Shown: positions 1 to 11,473 of the stretch, piece by piece
How the letters are laid out: every line of letters starts with the position of its first letter
How positions within the stretch are numbered: the first letter of the stretch is position 1
Origin: Antedon mediterranea
Lineage: Eukaryota > Animalia > Echinodermata
Length of the DNA: 64,000 nt
NCBI RefSeq assembly: GCF_964355755.1
Contig: NC_092670.1
Location: 22,430,795-22,494,794 of the forward strand
Direction of reading: 5' to 3'
The notes under the pieces: generated by a model
What the model was told of the DNA's origin: nothing
The model's database searches: none
Seen by the model: only the letters and a program-made list of their open reading frames with translations
Position numbers and translations under genes: made by a program

Positions 1-2080
1 TTGGCCATATGTGTGACAACTACAACAACTATTCCATGTTGTTTTAATATTAAAATAAAAGCATATTAAATACGTCTGGCATTGACTGTCATATTCTCAT
101 GTACATTGTTTTAATCATCATTGTATTGCATTGAATATGTGACAAGCAAAGATCAATTGATTTCCTATCCTGCATTGATTGCTATGGTGTTGATTGTAAG
201 CATACAGTACCTTCACACTCACTGCCATATTCTCACGTCTATTGTTCTTTTAATCACCATTGTATTTTATTGAATGTTTGACAAGCTAACATTGATTTAT
301 TGTGCATCTTGCTTTTATTTTGGTTCAGATCTTTTGATCTCAATGGTATTACAGTACTATTAAACCAATATAAAAACTGTGAGAAACAAATTGACAAACA
401 CATTGGCAACAATTAGAACTCCCATCTACTGTAGTAAAGTCTAGTCTAAAGTTTAAACTTCTTGTTAGGCAAAATTTTTTTTAAATTGTTAATTGTAAGT
501 CCAGGATTTGAAATTTGTATCTGATGAAGAGTTTACTAATGTGATACTAGAGACATGAGAACAATTTTTCTATAAGTCCTGTCACCGTTTGTATACCTTA
601 GATTGCTTGATAATCATGACATTTCCATTGCGATTCTTTAAAATTGAATGTAGTGAATACAACTATTAAAAAAATTCAATAGCTACATGTCAAATAAATT
701 CATGTGGTTCCACCGTTTCATTGTTATTGAGAAGGGATAGACATGAAACGGATTTTTTAAAATTTTAACCCCATCATCTAAGACTAAGAGAAGTATACTC
801 TAGGTAATAAACTATATTTTAAAATCCTACCTAATTCCACTAGACTTAGTTTGTTGTTTTTATTTGATTCAAATATACACCCCCATGGCGTTAGACCGTT
901 TTAGCGTACAATGTTACTAGCAAGGTCACATTACAAACCGCAGAGAAAAAAATGAGGTGTTCAGACCCATAGCGTATGATTATCGTTACAGCGGAAGTGC
1001 GTCATTCAGGTTGTTTCTAGTTGCATATTCTTGTGCTCTTACCCACATGTTTCATCATTATTTCCACTGTATATTTGCCTAGATCTTAGCCCTACAAAAT
1101 TATGACATTTGCTGTAAATAAAAATACCGCAGCATTCATTTTTTTTAAATATAAATAGTAAGCCAAATTTCTGTTTCTATTGTTTTTATTTTGTAGTAAA
1201 AAACATTTCCATCAGGCTCTTGTGTTGTTAACAAAAATAAAGCAGGCCTCTTGATGGAGATTGTTTTGTGTATTAAAAGCACGTCCATGGAGGAAAATTA
1301 TGTCTGTTGAAAATAACCCGAACTTGCTAGAAAAAGATACAGCTCCCCTTGCTTACTGAATTTGTTAGGGGGGTGTCACAAAACCAAAGCCCACGAAAGC
1401 TAAGACTCCCTAAGACCTACGATCACAAAGCTAAGACTCAAGACCTAAGATTACAAATATTTACCTTTCGCACCTGCCTTGTATTTTAACTCCAACCTTT
1501 ATTCTGATACCACACATTAGAATTAGCACTTTTATGAAAAAGAATCACATAAAAAGTAATTGATGATTTTACCGACGTTTTTCTCGCACAAATACTGTTT
1601 GCGAATTTCCCATGACTAGGCCTAGGGCCTATATAGAGGGCTGAAAAGTCTGTGGATTCCATTTTTTTTAATGCATTTTTCAGTGAAAATCACGTTACTT
1701 GTTCATTTAATCATAATTTTAACATAGTAGGCCTAGGTTTAATTTATTAATGCTTGTTACCCTAAATATTATTAGATTGTACCCACAACAGAATACATTT
1801 TAAAAGGTGATTGAGAGAGCTATTCCCGTTACCTGTATCGTACAAAGTTTTTTCTTTCTGTTTTTATACTTGTACGATTATTGTTGCTCTTTTGGCGCTC
1901 CATAGAAACAAAAACATTTATCAAGTGTTTATTTATAGTGATAACAACGAAATAACAGTCATAAAACAACGAAAATTTCAATTGTGTACATTGTCATAAT
2001 TAGGTATACTATGGTATGAATATGAATTTGCTTCAAGAGTTCATAAATACAGTTTACAGTATAAAACTATTATTTTACAG

Positions 2081-3240
2081 GTTTTAAAGCCGAATGGATG
2101 GCGGTTAAAGACCAACATTTATATATCGGTGGTCTGGGAAAGGAGTGGACAACCACAACAGGCGAACTGGTTAATCTAAACCCCCAATGGGTCAAGGTGA
2201 TCAGTCACTTAGGTGAAGTGAAACATATCCAATGGTCCAAGAACTATAATGCCATGAGGAAAAGTGCAGGATATGAATATCCAGGTACATGAATAATTTA
2301 TAAGTGACTTTCATACAATTTGATATTACAGCAGTTGTTAACCAATTGCATGTATTTTATATGTCTAGTATATTTGAAGCTTTACTTATTTTATTGGTTC
2401 CTTGATTGTTATTTAAATTAATAAAATATTAATTTATGGGTATAATTATAAATATTGGAGGCAGGCATTTATTTTTTTCAGCCACATCGAATATGAATAA
2501 TATAGTTCAAATTCATTACATTTTTTTAAATATGTCTGACAGCAGTTAAAGTTACAGCAGTTAATAAACCAATTGTATATATTTTAAAATTTTGCTTGGC
2601 TAGTTTATACATACTGTATATTTCAAGCTTATTTTATTCGTACCTTGATTTTTATATAAATTAATAAAATATTGATTTATGGATATAAATATTGGAGGCA
2701 GGCACTACAGTAGGCAATGTTACTGTTTTGATGGAGGAATAGCTATATCATGCTTATAAACTAAGGGAATGGAATGCTGTTAAAATTATATTGATATAGT
2801 ACAATTTTTAAATACTGTATCTTTGAATTTAAAAAGTTAATAGCCTATAAATTACTTTTTTTTTTTCAGGATATATGATTCATGAATCAGGAGTTTGGAG
2901 CGAACATCACCAACAGTGGTTTTTTCTTCCACGACGGGCAAGCACGCTACGCTACGATGAAGTAGAAGATGAGCATAGAGCTACTAATATTCTCCTACGC
3001 TGCTCTGCAGACTTCGAGCAGGTCACGGTCACTCGCATCGGTACCTTGAATGCAATACGTGGCTATTCATCGTTTAAGTTTATTCCAGGGACGAGGGATC
3101 AAATTATTGTTGCGCTTAAAACGGAGGAGAATCATGGAGAAATCGCAACATTTATAACAGCTTTTAATATCAAAGGAGTAATTATTTATAAAGATGAAAA
3201 AATTGCTGATAACAAGTTTGAAGGAATTGAATTTATATGA
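2081..3240 (+). CDS. CANT1: Soluble calcium-activated nucleotidase 1 (apyrase), last two coding exons (2081-2284, 2870-3240); 5' part upstream of the window
   Basis: Spliced translation [28 protein letters not shown]...YPG|[10 protein letters not shown]...WFFLPRRAS...[11 protein letters not shown]...KFEGIEFI*, the characteristic CANT1 C-terminus; canonical GT-AG phase-1 intron. Confidence 0.95.
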
Positions 3241-3598
3241 AAATATTAGTATCCTTTATGGTGTTGGTTCTAATTTAAGTAAGGCTTCTTAATATTTGAC
3301 GGAGTGATTAGCAAAGGGTTGAAAGGTTAACTAAGTAATGGTGATGGCTTTTATACTTAGGCTGGCCAGCCCAGGAATGGCCCAAATATTCAACATGTGT
3401 ATAAACATCGAAATCATTCTGTATTGTTGCTTCTTAAAATATAGCAGAAAAGTGACACCCTAGGTTTCATTACGTAAGTCTTACTGGTCTTAAATTGTCC
3501 AGGAATAGTTATGCAGTAGCATAAGCTAAATTAGTGAGTGTTCAACAGAGTCAAATAAAGACAAAAAATCGTCAATTCCGCTGCTAGTTTCTACCTTA

Positions 3599-3738
3599 AA
3601 GCCCTGTCTACACTATCAAACTATGTGACGACAAAAAAAGTGTGATGTGCCCATATGGACATGATGATGTCATAGCAATACCATATTTGTGTACATCACA
3701 CTTTTTTCAAACTAGTTTGATAGTGTAGACAGAGCTTA
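3599..3738. mobile_element. About 100-145 bp MITE, probably PIF/Harbinger-type; representative of about 10 copies (also near 5735-5860, 24714-24813, 34221-34376, 37537-37625, 42503-42648, 46080-46225, 48492-48633, 49096-49233, 56629-56769)
   Basis: TIR AGCTCTGTCTACACTATCAAAC...GTTTGATAGTGTAGACAGAGCT with TA/TAA-type flanks and a shared core (GTGATGTGCCCA, ATATGGTAGTGAT). Confidence 0.8.
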
Positions 3739-4289
3739 GATTTGAAAAGGGCACTTTTGAGCATAAATGAATGTTCGATCAAGCTACCTGGCTATGGACT
3801 AAAACTCTCTACCACATGACAGCAATATTTGTTAATGTTATTATTTATTTAGCTTGTTTTTTTAAATAAATTGTGCAAATAAGCCCTGAATTATTCATAC
3901 TGTAACATTTATTCAGAGTGAGTACGGTAAATTTATGATTAAAACTGGACATTTTGAAAGCAACAACAACTTAATTAAATTTCATGGTTTTAAGTGAATT
4001 CTATTGGTCAAATGTTTATTTATAGTCATATCATTTTTTTAACAGAATTTCAATTGTGTACTGTACATTGTAATATTTAGACTTTTATAATACTAATAGT
4101 CTATGGTATAAATATGAATTTATGTAGTTTAATATTGTTTATGTTATGCTTTTGGAAAATATTGTATTAAAGTATAGAATTAAACTTTAAACCTTAATAC
4201 TGTAGACTGTTGCAGATAGTATTTCTTAATGTGCAATCTTATCCTCTCTCTGTTTGTCAAACATAATTGTTTTACATACAGTACATACT

Positions 4290-4640
4290 GTATATTGTAC
4301 TGGTATTTCAATAAAGGCTTTTAAAATGTTATGTTTCCCAAGGCTGACTGAACCAAAATTAATATTTTTTTTATGAATTGTAAGTTTTGATAAATATAAC
4401 TTTGTTATACAGTATATTGTACTGGTATTTCAATTTTAAGGCCTTTCAAGTGTTATGTTTCCCAAGGCTGGCTAAACCAAAATAAATATTTTTTAATGAA
4501 TTGTAAGTTTTGATAAATATAACTTTGTTATATTATTGTACTGGCATTTCAATAATAAGGCCTTTAAAATGTTATGTTGCCCAAGGCTGGCTGAACCAAA
4601 ACTAATATTTTTTAATGAATTGTAGTTTCTGATAATACAA
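4290..4640. repeat. About 120-bp tandem repeat, 3 copies
   Basis: TATTGTACTGGTATTTCAAT...CCCAAGGCTG...GAATTGTAAGTTTTGATAA recurs at about 4292, 4415 and 4534. Confidence 0.8.
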
Positions 4641-5289
4641 CTTCCTGTTTCACAAAAGACTTGCTATAATTAAATTAGATCATAAAACACAAAGACTGCA
4701 AGCATCCTTAATGTGTCTAATTATTTATAAATCAACTATTATTTGTTCCAAGTGATGATTATGTTATCTGGTTTGTCAACAATTTCAAATTTATTATTTG
4801 CTCTGTTTTGTATAAGCTAGACTAAATTTAATAGTGTAATATTTTTACAACCTAATTTGTACAGAATTATATTGGTGATGGTTAAATAATGATGATAGTA
4901 TTATAATTATTTTGTTGTTTTATTAATTCGTTTTACGAGAGTTTATTGTTTAATAACAAAATAACTGATTTTTAAAAAGATTATGATATATGGCAATCCT
5001 AGATTACTAATATTGTTATGCTAAAATTGCAAATAAAAGAATGTAATGATACAATATATTATCAGTGTAAAATAATAGGGATAAAAATGGGATATGATGA
5101 TATATACACACAAATCTAAAATGTTTATCATATTATTAATATTGGAAGAAACAACAATTGTTTTAACTGTTATATGGCAGCTATTTTAAAATAGATAAAT
5201 ACTAGATTAAAAAAATGCTTCTATTGTGTTATTTTATCATTTTGTTAGACCAAATTTATTAATGCATAGTAGTACTGTATCTATATAAA

Positions 5290-5315
5290 CATAGAGATAT
5301 TATAATATCTCTATG
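5290..5315. mobile_element. Mini-palindrome with a 7-bp target-site duplication (probable P-type excision footprint)
   Basis: atataaa|CATAGAGATATTATAATATCTCTATG|atataaa: perfect 26-bp palindrome between identical 7-mers. Confidence 0.65.
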
Positions 5316-6272
5316 ATATAAACAAGATATTTTTATAATGCTGTTGATGATTTTCAATGCAATACCATATTGGTACCCACCTAATGTAAATTATGTACAG
5401 CCCTCAGCAACTATACAAATGAACAGGCCTTCTTATTGTCTAGTTTGGGAAATCCCCATTAATTAATACGAGTTGTACCAATCAGAGAACTCCAAATTGT
5501 AACCACTTTTTGAATACAGAGTTATCTGTGTAATAGACATTTTTTCCTTTTGATTGACCAATCAAATCCATTAATATATCCTACCTGCATGACGGTATTA
5601 TCTTACAGTTAATTGATATATACCATGAAAAAAATTATCAAATTTTGATGAAATTGATTGATGAGAAAAACATTTTATTTCACCAGCTACATTCACCAAA
5701 GAGACCCAAAAACTTTGATGGGTGGGTAATATTAGGCTGTCTATGCCCAAATATGGTATTGATATGCTAAAATATGGTAGAGATGTGGCATAATATGCCC
5801 ATATATGGGCACATCACATGTTTTTGTCACATAAAGTTTGATAGTGTAGACAGCAATTTAGAATATTATATTTACTAATATTATTAAGAACATTATACTC
5901 TCAAAACACAGATAAATACAATAATTCTTTTATTACACATTTTCATTTTTTCACAACAGTTCAACAACCTCATCTAAGATCTGTAACACTTGTATGCTAG
6001 TTACGATTTTTTTGTACTTAAAGAAACAGTTATTCTGTTTACGGTAACACTACCATGTGACATCCCAGCGCCGCTATATTGGCAGCTTTCTACTGTATCT
6101 AAAAAATCATGGTGTGTTTTCAAGATTTTCTGTTTTCAGTAAATAACTGTAATATATATTATTCAATCAAAAATGTAACTTTTTCTCCAGTAAACTAGCG
6201 TTACAAATCATTAACAGTCCAAAAAGAAAGTTTGTTATTAATTTTTAAAAGCTCCTCCTCACATTAATTTAA

Positions 6273-7157
6273 TTATTGCTTTCCTTCATAAAACTTTGTT
6301 AGAAAATCGCTATCCATCATATTATTTGGATCCTTATCAAAGTAGTTCATTATGTGAGGGCGCTGTTTCCAAACTTGTATGGTTTCATCCAGGTCTATTT
6401 TACCCTGTAATAATAAAAAAAATAATGATTTAGTAATTTCTATATGAATATAGTAGTACTGTATAAATTGCATGGATGTACAGTACTTGTAATTTTCACT
6501 ACAAAACATACCTTAATTACAAGTAAATCTACAGTTCTTGTATCCCTAATGTGAGCATTCTTCATAAACATTTCCCGAACTTTATCCCGACCTTGTTTAA
6601 TAGTAATGTCTAAATAATACTGTTGAACTGAAATGAAAAAAAATCATCAAAAAATAAATCATTTAAATTTATTTTTAAATTAATTTAAAACTGAAAATTA
6701 AATTTAAAATACTGTATTAAATTTAAACCAGTCATCCTTCATAATAACATTAATACTAATAACAATTAATAGGCGTAGGCATGGGCTAGTTATTCTGATC
6801 AATTAGATCTTATACATAAATTGTCCCACCCACTTCTAACAAAAATCCTAGGCCTCGTTAGGTCAAAGGTCATCCGGACTTCCTCCCAACTGAAGTCCTC
6901 TCCCACCACCAAAGTGTGTAGGTCAAGTGAATGCGGTCGGCTACTAGTAATAACTACCTTAGCCTATTATCGGAGGCCTAGTTCAAATATTAGGTTCAAT
7001 AAATGAATGTTGACTTACTTGCATGAGGAACCTCTCTCCACCATGCTTTGTATAGTTGAATAACCCGCCTTCTGGACTCTTGTGGATTTTTAGACATCAT
7101 TAATTTCACATTTCTGGAGACTGCCGCCATCCGAGCTGCTTGAGTTGGCGACGCCAT
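6273..7157 (-). CDS. NDUFA6: NADH dehydrogenase 1 alpha subcomplex subunit 6 (LYR family); exons 7157-7019, 6627-6512, 6404-6273
   Basis: [12 protein letters not shown]...[19 protein letters not shown]|[39 protein letters not shown]|[22 protein letters not shown]...[11 protein letters not shown]; GT-AG introns with consistent phase. Confidence 0.95.
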
Positions 7158-7550
7158 TTTGATTGCGGCGAAGAGACAACAATTTCCAGAGAAAAAAAAA
7201 ATACTGGTAATAATTATTATACCTTAATTTTGTAAAATGCTCAATTTGTTTAATTAAAATCAGCAGTGTTGTTATGTTAAAATCTATAGATATATTGAAT
7301 TATCGTAGATGTTTTTACTTTTCATTGTTAAAAAAAGCGGTTGAATGTTTTATGATGTAGATTATTAGATTATCGACGACGACGGGAACTAGTCATTGAG
7401 CGCCCTCTACAATTATTTAATATCCACGCTCTCCATCGCAACCGTCATAGCAACAAGTCAAACTGCTACGCGCCGGAGGTTTGTTGTGCAGAGAGAGAGC
7501 AAAAGACTGCAAAAAGTTATCTAAATTAAGTATTTTATAAACCTGAAACT
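7158..7550. promoter_or_regulatory. Bidirectional promoter region NDUFA6/CFAP52
   Basis: Divergent ATGs separated by 393 bp; YY1-like CGCCATTTT overlapping the NDUFA6 start; AGCGCCCTCTAC at 7399-7410; RFX X-box-like half site CATAGCAAC at 7446-7454, fitting a ciliary gene. Confidence 0.65.
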
Positions 7551-10500
7551 ATGGCTGGCGACGGAGAATCAGATGTACAGATGCTTGAGCTTAAATCTAT
7601 AATAGGATTTAATGGTGAGTTGATACTGTAGGGCCAATTGTAGATGCTGTGTGTGTGAATGACTGAATAGGTAGGCCTAGCCCTAGCTAGGGCCGGTGTA
7701 AGATTGAAATGTGTCCATCATTCAAAAGTGTCCGGGTGGACACTTTTCAGCATTGGATAGTGTCCAATTGCATGTTTCAACGGGTTCGCGGGCGTTTTCC
7801 AACAATTTAATGCTGTCCGGCGCGTTTAATAATGTCTGACCCTTGGATTGAATACCGTCCGTGGTTGAGATTTGAGATTCAGGTTTTGATCGTGATTGCG
7901 CATGCACTTGTCTTTTTTTAACGACCACTATTTGTTAATAATGCCAAACTAGTTTTTATTTTTCAAAGATAACTTGGCTTAAAACACCTCCAATTAGCGA
8001 CCATTATATTATTTGGTATGAATAAAGACAAGAAGAATAAATAACAATATAATAATAATCATGTAATAAAAACAAGTAATTATACTGGTCCTCTTCCAAT
8101 TAAAGAACACTTTAGTTTAGACACTTCCAATTAGCGACCATTTTTATTGTTTTGTATGAGTAAAGACAAGAGTAATAATAGTTTTTAATCATGTGACAAA
8201 AAACAAGTAATTGTACTGGTCCTCTTCCAATTAAAGATCACTTAAAATTAAACACTTCCAATTAGCGACCGTTTTATTATTTTGTATGAGTAAAGACAAG
8301 AATAATAAATAGTTTATAATCATGTGATAAAAAACAAGTAATTGTACTGGTCCTCTTCCAATTAAAGATCACTTAAATTTAAACACTTCCAATTAGCGAC
8401 CGTTATTATTGTTTTGTATGAATAGAAACAAGAAGAATAAATAGATTTTAATCATGTGATAAAAAACAAGCAATTGTACTGGTCCTCTTCCAATTAAAGA
8501 TCACTTTAATTTAAACACTTCCAATTAGCGACCGTTATATTATTTTGTATGAATAAAGGCAAGAATAATAAATAGATTTTAATCATATGACAAAAAACAA
8601 GTAATTGTACTGGTCCTCTTTCAATTAAAGATCACTTTACTTTAAGACACTTCCAATTAGCGACCGTTATATTGTTTTGTATGAGTACAGACAAGAAGAA
8701 TAAATAGATTTTAATCATGTGATAAAAAACAAGTAATTGTACTGGTCCTCTTCCAATTAAAGGTCACTTTACTGTAAGACACTTCCAATTAGCGACCGTT
8801 ATATTATTTTGTATGAGTACAGACAAGAAGAATAAATAGATTTTAATCATGTGATAAAAAATAAGTAATTGTACTGGTCCTCTTCCAATTAAAGGTCACT
8901 TTACTTCAAGAAACTTCCATTTAGCGACCGTTATATTATTTTGTATGAATAAAGACAAGAATAATAAATAGTTTATAATCATGTGATATAAAATAAGTAA
9001 TTGTACGGGTACTCTTCCAATTAAAGGTCACTTTACTGTAAGACACTTCCAATTAGCGACCGTTATATTATTTTGTATGAGTACAGACAAGAAGAATAAA
9101 TAGATTTTAATCATGTGATAAAAAACAAGTAATTGTACTGGTCCTCTTCCAATGAAAGATCACTTTACTTTAAGACACTTCCAATTAGCGACCGTTATAT
9201 TATTTTTTATGAATAAAAACAAGAAGCATAAATAGTTTATAATCATGTGATATAAAATAAGTAATTGTACTGGTCCTCTTCCAATTAAAGGTCACTTTAC
9301 TGTAAGACACCTCCAATTAGCGACCGTTATATTATTTTGTATGAGTACAGACAATTAGAAGAATAAATAGATTTTAATCATGTGATAAAAAACAAGTAAT
9401 TGTACTGGTCCTCTTCCAATGAAAGATCACTTTACTTTAAGACACTTCCATTTAGCGACCGTTATATTATTTTGTATGAGTACAGACAAGAAGAATAAAT
9501 AGATTTTAATCATGTGATAAAAAACAAGTAATTGTACTGGTCCTCTTCCAATTAAAGATCACTTTACTTTAAGACACTTCCAATTAGCGACCGTTATATT
9601 ATTTTGTATGAGTACAGACAAGAAGAATAAATAGATTTTAATCATGTGATAAAAAATAAGTAATTGTACTGGTCCTCTTCCAATTAAAGGTCACTTTACT
9701 GTAAGACACTTCCATTTAGCGACCGTTATATTATTTTGTATGAGTACAGACAAGAAGAATGAATAGATTTTATTCATGTGATAAAAAACAAGTAATTGTA
9801 CTGGTCCTCTTCCAATGAAAGATCACTTTACTTTAAAACACTTCCAATTAGCGACCGTTATATTATTTTTTATGAATAAAAACAAGAAGCATAAATAGTT
9901 TATAATCATGTGATATAAAATAAGTAATTGTACTGGTCCTCTTCCAATTAAAGGTCACTTTACTGTAAGACACCTCCAATTAGCGACCGTTATATTATTT
10001 TGTATGAGTACAGACAATTAGAAGAATAAATAGATTTTAATCATGTGATAAAAAACAAGTAATTGTACTGGTCCTCTTCCAATGAAAGATCACTTTACTT
10101 TAAGACACTTCCATTTAGCGACCGTTATATTATTTTGTATGAGTACAGACAAGAAGAATAAATAGATTTTAATCATGTGATAAAAAACAAGTAATTGTAC
10201 TGGTCCTCTTCCAATTAAAGATCACTTTACTTTAAGACACTTCCAATTAGCGACCGTTATATTATTTTGTATGAGTACAGACAAGAAGAATAAATAGATT
10301 TTAATCATGTGATAAAAAATAAGTAATTGTACTGGTCCTTTTCCAATTAAAGGTCACTTTACTTTAAGACACTTCCATTTAGCGACCGTTATATTATTTT
10401 GTATGAATAAAGACAAGAAGAATAAATACTAGTTAAGACAAGAAGAATAAATAGTTTATAATCATGTGATAAAAAACAAGTAATTGTACGGGTCCTCTTC

Positions 10501-11436
10501 CAATTATAGATCACTTTAGTTTAAACACTTCCAATTAGCGACCGTTATATTATTTTGTACGAGTAAAGACAAGAAGAATAAATAGTTTACTTGTTTAATC
10601 CCCAATCAATTAAAAGTTGCACCTTTTTATAATCAACACGATATAGCTGATCTCTTGAAAAAACATAATCAGTTTTACTGAAGTATTATGTTAATTGGTA
10701 CATTGATCGTCACATCGAGAATATGGTAGGGGTGTCACACTATGTGCGTCTAGGGTGAATGCAAAGATAATGACATCGATATAGCGCCACATCAACACGT
10801 TTTTATGCACCTTTGGTGTAAGTATTTATTTTAGTATTTTGTCCTTAAATCAGAATTTATATTCAAAGAAAAAATGACTTGTTATGTAAAAAAACAACAA
10901 TTCGGTATCTGGAATCTTAAAATTAATGTATCTATAAAAATAATTAATATGGGATAGGCCTGAGACCTCATACATTTGTTAATAGGGCTACTTTATTGAA
11001 CCTTCATTTTATCGGATGTTATAAGAACGCTTGCTTCAACCGATTCTTTTTTTGAACAGCATTTTGTTTAAAGGCGATTGTGTTATTTTCAATGTTTAAT
11101 AAACTTCTGGAATTTCAGAGAAACCCATTTTAATAAACAAAAGCTTCTTATAAAATGTGCTTACTGGATAATGTTTCATACATGTTTGGCTGGTTCAAAT
11201 TTACTTTACTTTTGCTTTTCCGCTACTCCCCTGTTATACTATATATTTGTTGTTATGTAGAAAGATTGAAAATAAATTCATTCATTCATTCTTCTTTTAT
11301 TTCGGAAAAAAAAAATTCTCCATAGTTCAGTAACAAGTGTACATTATTGTAAATATAACAAATACATATACATATATATATATATATATAATATATATGT
11401 ATTTGTTATATTTACAATAATGTACACTTGTTACTG

Positions 11437-11473
<37 letters not shown>

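Noticed and set aside
1370-1460. Short AAGCTAAGAC/CTAAGACC repeats resembling a transposon end
   Set aside because: No matching opposite end or TSD found; too fragmentary to call.
2325-2705. Duplicated ~140-bp block in the last CANT1 intron
   Set aside because: Ordinary decayed local duplication with no coding or structural signal.
7980-10590. CRISPR-like appearance of the 132-bp array (and the 28-bp array at 37995-38505)
   Set aside because: Whole units repeat with no unique spacers, there are no cas genes, and the context is eukaryotic.
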